A stretch of 64,000 nucleotides of DNA from an uncultured Candidatus Binatia bacterium (GTDB taxonomy: Bacteria > Desulfobacterota > Binatia > UBA9968 > JAJDTQ01). The first letter of the stretch is position 1. The number at the start of each line of letters is the position of its first letter. The stretch spans positions 3,136,001 through 3,200,000 of the forward strand of contig OZ219754.1 in assembly GCA_964291295.2 (NCBI GenBank). Reading direction: 5' to 3'. The translations under genes and the position numbers were made by a program. Shown here piece after piece: positions 58,733-64,000 of the stretch. The notes beneath the pieces are model-generated. The model searched no databases, was not told the DNA's origin, and saw only the letters and a program-made list of their open reading frames with translations.

Positions 58733-59761
58733 ATGCATGCCTGTGCCATCGACATTCACCACCACTACATGCCGCCGGGCCTGATCGAGGAGTTGAAGGC
58801 GCACGGCAAGGCCGTGGGCACCGTGGTGGGGCGAACCCCGGAAGGCCTCCACACCCTCACCATCGGCAGCGGGCCGGGCTTCGTGGTGCCGCCGCCGCTC
58901 ATGGACGTGGAAAAGCGGCTGGAGCACATGGACAAGGGCAGGATCGCCCTGGCGACCCTCGAGCCCCACACCGCCTGCCTCGGCTACCGCCTGAACCCGG
59001 AGCAGGGGGAAACGTGGTGCAACCTCTACAACGCGGGCCTCATGGAACTCCGGACGCGGCACCCGGACCGCTTTACCGCTCTTGCGGCGGTGCCGCTGCA
59101 GGACCCCGGGCGGGCCGCCCGGGTGTTGGAGCGCGGCATCCTCGAGCACAAGCTCGCCGGTGCCTACATCGGCACCAATGTGAACGGCGAATACTACCGG
59201 AACCGGGCATTCGACGCCTTCTGGGGCAAGGCGCAGGAACTGGACGCGCTCATCGTCATGCACCCCGAGGATATCGCCGGGCTGGAGCGCATGGGCACCT
59301 ACGGCCTGTTCCTGATCTGCGGCAACCCCGCGGATACCGCCCTCTCGCTGGGGTTCATGTCCTACAGCGGCGTGTTCGACCGCTTCCCCGACCTCAAGCT
59401 CTGCACACTCCACGGCGGCGGCTTCTTCCCCTACCACCTGGGACGCTTCGACCAGGGTTTCGGAGTGCGGCCGGGAGCCGCCGACGCCGAGGCCCGGTAC
59501 AGACCCAGCGCCTACCTGAAGAACCTCTACTCCGACGCGCTGGTGTACCGCGTGGACACGCTGGCGTACCTCAAGAACCTGCTGGGATGGGAGCATCTGA
59601 TGGTCGGCACCGACTACCCCTACCCCCTGGGCGACTGGAACGCGGTGGAAAAGGTGGAGGCGCTGGACTGCCCGGACGAGCAGAAGCTGGCAATCCTGGA
59701 AGGGAATGCCAGAAGGTTGTTGAAACTTCAGGGAGGGGATGCGTCAGGGACGGATGAGTAA
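58733..59761 (+). CDS. Amidohydrolase_2 family protein (ACMSD-like decarboxylase/hydratase)
   Basis: IDIHHH, VPLQDP, MHP, HGGG, YSD, VGTDYPY, GNARRL. Confidence 0.88.
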   Translation: MHACAIDIHHHYMPPGLIEELKAHGKAVGTVVGRTPEGLHTLTIGSGPGFVVPPPLMDVEKRLEHMDKGRIALATLEPHTACLGYRLNPEQGETWCNLYNAGLMELRTRHPDRFTALAAVPLQDPGRAARVLERGILEHKLAGAYIGTNVNGEYYRNRAFDAFWGKAQELDALIVMHPEDIAGLERMGTYGLFLICGNPADTALSLGFMSYSGVFDRFPDLKLCTLHGGGFFPYHLGRFDQGFGVRPGAADAEARYRPSAYLKNLYSDALVYRVDTLAYLKNLLGWEHLMVGTDYPYPLGDWNAVEKVEALDCPDEQKLAILEGNARRLLKLQGGDASGTDE

Positions 59762-59871
59762 AGCAGGTCTGTTGCAGAGGCCGATCCACGCCCGATGACG
59801 GGGCGGTGGGTCGCCGGACACGGGTCAGGATGACACGGAACGGAGGCCTCGTCGCATCGGACTGCATGTCG

Positions 59872-61200
59872 TCATTTTCGGCTCACCGCCTCGAAACGGC
59901 TCAACGCCGAGCGAAGGTTCTCAATGATCTCGGCCACGAGCACATCCGGCTCCGGCAGGTTGTCGAGATCGGCCATGGATGCATCCTTGAGCCAGAACAC
60001 ATCAAGGCTCGCCTTGTCGCGTTGAAGAAGCTCGTCACGCTCGTAGGCGCGCCATCGGCCGTCCGGCGTTTTGTCGCTCCAGGTTGCCTCCCGGACATAG
60101 CGGTTCTCCGGGTTGTAGCAGGCAACGAAATCCTCGAGGTGGGCATAGGTCAGCGGCTTCTGCTTGAGCGTGTGATGCACGTTGGTGCGGTAGTCGTAGT
60201 ACCAGACCTTCGATGTTTGCGGATCGGGGCTCGCCGGACGGTTGTCGAAGAAGATGACATTGGCCTTGACGCCTTGGGCGTAGAAGATGCCCGTCGGCAG
60301 CCGCAGGATGGTGTGCAGATCGGCGGTGTGCAGCAGCTTGCGCCGGATCGTTTCGCCGGCACCGCCCTCGAACAACACATTATCGGGCACCACGACGGCT
60401 GCGCGTCCGGTGGTCTTCAGCAGAGTCCGGATATGCTGGACGAAGTTCAACTGCTTGTTCGATGTTGTCGCCCAGAAATCCTGCCGGTTGTAGGTCAGAT
60501 CATCGGTCTCCTGCTCGCCTTGAGCGTTGGTGAAGCTCATCGAACTCTTCTTGCCGAAAGGCGGGTTGGCAAGAACATAGTCGTACGTCTCCGAAGGCGG
60601 GGAAACCAGCGCGTCAGCCGGCGAGACCGCCGTCTCGCCCGTCATCTCTCCAATTCCGTGCAGCAACATGTTCATCAGGCAGAGCCTGCGCGTGCCCGCC
60701 ACGATCTCGTTGCCGCGGAACGTCGCGTGTTTCAGAAATTCCTTCTGCTCCCTGTCGAGCGCCCGGTTCCGGGGACCGGTGAGGAAGTCGTGGGCAGCAA
60801 GGAAGAACCCGCCGGTTCCGCAGGCCGGATCAGCGATGGTCTTGCCCGGCTCCGGGCGCACGCACGCCACCATCGCTCGGATCAGGGCTCGTGGCGTGAA
60901 GTACTGGCCCGCGCCGGATCTGGTGTCTTCGGCGTTCCGCTCCAGCAGCCCCTCGTAGATGTCTCCCTTCACATCCGCCCCGAGCACCACCCAATCCGTG
61001 CCGTTCACCATGTCGATCAGGCGGAATAACTTGGCTGGATCGGCGATCTTGTTCTGGGCCTTGGAGAAGACTTGGCCCAACATGCCTCGTTGTTCGCCGA
61101 GCTTGCGGAGAAGCGCGACGTAATGCGCTTCGAGGTCCGCGCCACTACGAGTGGTCAGACTCGTCCAGTCATGGCCCTCGGGAATGCCGACATCGCGAGC
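59872..61200 (-). pseudogene. hsdM: Type I R-M methyltransferase subunit HsdM, N-terminally truncated orphan
   Basis: GDIYEGLLE, GAGQYFTPR, DPACGTGGF, NPPFG, VVPDNVLFEGG; the usual N-terminal helical segment is absent upstream of RDVGIPEGHDW; no hsdS or hsdR adjacent. Confidence 0.8.
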
Positions 61201-61372
61201 GAGTTGCGCAAAAGGGCGAAGTCTCGTGGGACGCTCGAAATGATCCGTCGCAAGCAAGGGATGGAGCAAAGAGGGGCGAACACTGTCAGCGTGACCTCCG
61301 AGATCAACCTGCCAAGCGAGTGGCGGCGTCAATGGGAAAGCCCCTCAAGCATCAAAAGTCAGGATGCCGTAT

Positions 61373-61400
61373 TTGCGTTATTCGGACCTTCCCTTATGAT
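61373..61400 (+). promoter_or_regulatory. Candidate sigma70 promoter of the TIR-SLOG-TIR operon
   Basis: TTGCGT, 16 nt, TATGAT. Confidence 0.45.
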
Positions 61401-61517
61401 TGAAGGCGCACAGAGTGATGCCGAAACGGCGGCGTTGCCTTTTCGGGTCTTGTTGCCGGGAAACTCAGGTAACTGGAAGCACCCCCGACATGCTGATTCA
61501 GCGGTGCCATGGAGCCG

Positions 61518-62683
61518 ATGACACGCCCACTCTTCGCGTTGTACGTAATATGGCATCCCTTGTATTCGGGGGGCCGCGAGATCGCGGATCGGCTACGTAC
61601 GCACTTTGGCCGCGATCTCCACTCGGCCATCGACGATTGGCGCCGCGTCAGCGTCCTCGAACGCAGCGCACCCGCTCCGGGCGCACGCACGCCCTTGCCG
61701 ATCGACTGGGACGATGCGGAACTCACCGCTGTCGTCGTGCTGACGGAGGCGGCGCTTGTTGATGATCGGGACTGGGGCAGCTACGTGCGTGACACCGCGC
61801 AGGCTGCACAGGAGAGGGGGCTCCCTGCCGGATTCTTCCCGGTGACGATGGAGCGTCCGGGTCTCACATTGGGAGTCGAACAGCAAACGCTGCGTTGGGA
61901 CCACTGGGACGTCCCCGATGCAGACCGGATTCAACGCCTCATGTCGGACCTCACTCACGAGTTCTGCCGCATGCTGCGACATCGCATCGACATGCTCCGG
62001 AGTGTCGGCGGCGGGGAAGCCGCGTTCGGACGTTACCTGGAAAAATCCAGGTCTTCATCAGCCACTCGAAACATGACAAGGGCGGCCCGTCGGTGGGCCG
62101 CGGCATTCGCGACTGGATCCATGCGCACAGCCCGCTCGACAGCTTCTTCGACGTCCACGACATCCCGCCAGGTTTGTCTTTCGAACAGGTTCTGCTGCAC
62201 CAGCTCGACGCCGGGGCGGTCGTGGCGGTGCATACCGATTCGTACTCGTCGCGTGAGTGGTGTCGGCGCGAAGTCATTGAAGCGAAGCGACGTTTGGTGC
62301 CGATGGTCGTCGTCGATTGTGTGCGGGATGTCGACCCGCGTGGAATGGCCTACCTCGGCAATGTGCCGGTCGTTCGCATGGAGCCCGACCGGAGGGACCG
62401 GATGGCCATCGTTGCGGGCTGCCTACTGGACGAAGTCTTCCGCACATGGCTGTGGCTCTGTCGGGTGGGGCACCATCTGGCGGATTCGCCAGGGGTCCTG
62501 TTCACGGCACGGCCCCCCGAACTGATCGCCTTGGCGGCGCTGCCTCCTCATGACGAAGAATCGGTTCCGACAATCGTCTATCCTGAACCCGTTCTGAGCG
62601 CTGACGAAGAACGGCTGTTCCGGGAGATCACGCCGGGAGTCCGTGTGCAGACGTTGACGGACTGGCTGGAGAAACGCCCATGA
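61518..62683 (+). CDS. Long TIR-domain protein (apparent 1-nt frameshift near 62043)
   Basis: VFISHSKHD, FFDVHDIPPG, SYSSREWCRREV (catalytic Glu), YLGNVPVVR; one extra A in GAA AAA (A)TC joins the two ORFs. Confidence 0.8.
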
Positions 62684-63519
62684 CCACACACAACGCCGAG
62701 GGATCGACCGCCATCGGTGTCTATGTTTCGGAGAGCCCGGACTTGTGGACCCTGGGGCTTGGCGACGGGCATCTACGTGACGCGATGGCCGAAATCGCCC
62801 TCCAGGTGCTCGCGTCGGGAAGGAGCCTGGCCTACGGTGGAGACTTGCGGCAACACGGATTCACGGAACTTCTGGCCGAGTTGGTGGGGCGTTATCGGAA
62901 TCATCCCCGGCACCGCGAGACCATCGTCGTGACCGACTATCTGGCCTGGCCGGTGCATATCCGGATGACGTCGGACGAGATTGTTGCGTTCTGCGCCGAA
63001 CACGAGCCCGGCGCCCGTCTCGTCTTCCTTGCGCTTGACGGTGTGCGCCTCGCGCGAGAGCAACGGCTGAGGCTGTGCGCGCATGAGCCGGACGAAGGGG
63101 AATGGACGGTAGGACTGACGGCGATGCGAACGGCCATGCGCGGGGATATTCGAGCGCGGATCGTTCTCGGCGGCAGGGTCGAGGGCTACAGGGGAGCGAT
63201 GCCGGGCATCGCCGAAGAGGCCTGCCTTTCTCTGGAAGCAGGGCAGCCCCTGTTCCTCGCAGGCGGATTCGGCGGATGCACGCGCGACATCGCGGAAACG
63301 GTCGGTCTCGCCGCACGCTGGGCCGGTTCGCGTGATGGATGGGCCGGCCGGGAGCGCTTCCTCAAGTACTCGCCGGACGACCTGCACAACGGTCTCTCCC
63401 GCGACGAGAACGCCATCCTGGCCCGCACACCGCATATCCAGGAGGCGGTTACCCTCATCTCGCGGGGTCTGCGCCGCATTCTCGGTGACGGGAATCATGA
63501 TACACAAGGTATTCATTAG
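62680..63519 (+). CDS. SLOG-superfamily nucleotide-binding protein (SLOG cluster-2-like)
   Basis: SLAYGGDLR, LTAMRTAM, ARIVLGGR..GY.GAMPGIAEEA, PLFLAGGFGGC, HNGLS; ATGA overlap with the TIR gene. Confidence 0.8.
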   Translation: MTTHNAEGSTAIGVYVSESPDLWTLGLGDGHLRDAMAEIALQVLASGRSLAYGGDLRQHGFTELLAELVGRYRNHPRHRETIVVTDYLAWPVHIRMTSDEIVAFCAEHEPGARLVFLALDGVRLAREQRLRLCAHEPDEGEWTVGLTAMRTAMRGDIRARIVLGGRVEGYRGAMPGIAEEACLSLEAGQPLFLAGGFGGCTRDIAETVGLAARWAGSRDGWAGRERFLKYSPDDLHNGLSRDENAILARTPHIQEAVTLISRGLRRILGDGNHDTQGIH

Positions 63520-64000
63520 CTACCATCATCACGAAGACCAGGGATATAAGGAAGCACTGGTCAAATTCGGCGAGGAGTGGTCGATTTTCCTGGATCGATC
63601 CGTCGACACCGGCGACATCCCGGACGGCTGGGACGATGAGCGGATCCGTCGTGCCATCAGAGACGAGTATCTCAGGGCTCGACAGTGACCCTCGTGCTGG
63701 TCGGCAGAGAGACCAGACGCCGAAAGCATGTCGATTGGGAGATTTACTCGAGCATGTACGACGGCCCGGTGAACAAGAAATCAGGGATAGTCGTCATCAA
63801 TCTCCCGGGAATCTCAGACTTCGTCACCGCGTCCCACGGGGAAGAAGAGAAGAGTTTGCTGTACCCGGAGATTACATCATGGATGCATGTCGAGGAACGG
63901 AAGGAATATGAACGTCGATATCCCTACATGCCCGATCGGATCATCGACAACCTGATGGCACGGGACGTCAAGATTTCGGTCGCTCCATGGGACAAGATAA
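63497..64000 (+). CDS. ThsB-like short TIR protein (MTH538/DUF1863 type); apparent frameshift near 63677; continues beyond the window
   Basis: HKVFISYHH..D, DRSVDTGDI, IRDEYLR(D)STVTLVLVG.ET..RKHVDWEIYSS. Confidence 0.82.

Noticed and set aside
61195-61216. IS-end-like GCGAGTTGCGCAAAAG at the hsdM truncation point
   Set aside because: No partner inverted repeat or transposase sequence found in the window
62036-62050. Programmed -1 ribosomal frameshift in the long TIR gene (G GAA AAA)
   Set aside because: Not a canonical X XXY YYZ heptamer, the A-run is too short for transcriptional slippage, and the same 1-nt loss pattern occurs in unrelated genes

Overview
High-GC bacterial chromosomal window. 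No rRNA, tRNA or CRISPR array was seen. The gene inventory (Bug/TctC binding protein, UbiD pair, amidohydrolase, NHL protein, inverse-autotransporter-like surface protein) resembles uncultured deltaproteobacterial/Binatota-like lineages; that attribution is inference only. 1-36.8 kb holds housekeeping and metabolic genes: mazG, queG, apaH, macAB-like, alkA, manC, an AprAB-like flavoprotein/ferredoxin pair and two tandem PuuE-like deacetylases. It also holds an 8-gene putative catabolic operon (TctC, DapA-like aldolase, heme-oxygenase-like diiron enzyme, gentisate-dioxygenase-like cupin, 2x UbiD, GST, flavin oxidoreductase) and a membrane-LuxR / inverse autotransporter / Asp-Tyr-repeat lipoprotein module. 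37.6-64 kb is a defence-island-like mosaic: a damaged type ISP/IIG-like R-M gene, a PIN toxin pair, a dead tyrosine integrase, an ISAs1 scrap, a ~1780-aa sacsin-like GHKL ATPase-DUF3883 nuclease, two IS1634 remnants (one splitting a higBA operon), helicase IV, an orphan truncated hsdM, and at the right edge a coupled TIR-SLOG-TIR (Thoeris-like) operon that runs out of the window. Most notable: the TIR-SLOG-TIR operon, the sacsin/DUF3883 protein, and IS1634 terminal repeats that contain an outward-facing extended -10 motif placed directly before higA and the sacsin gene. Six genes carry single-base deletions in or next to short homopolymers that look like long-read errors. All product calls come from motif recognition; no database search was run.
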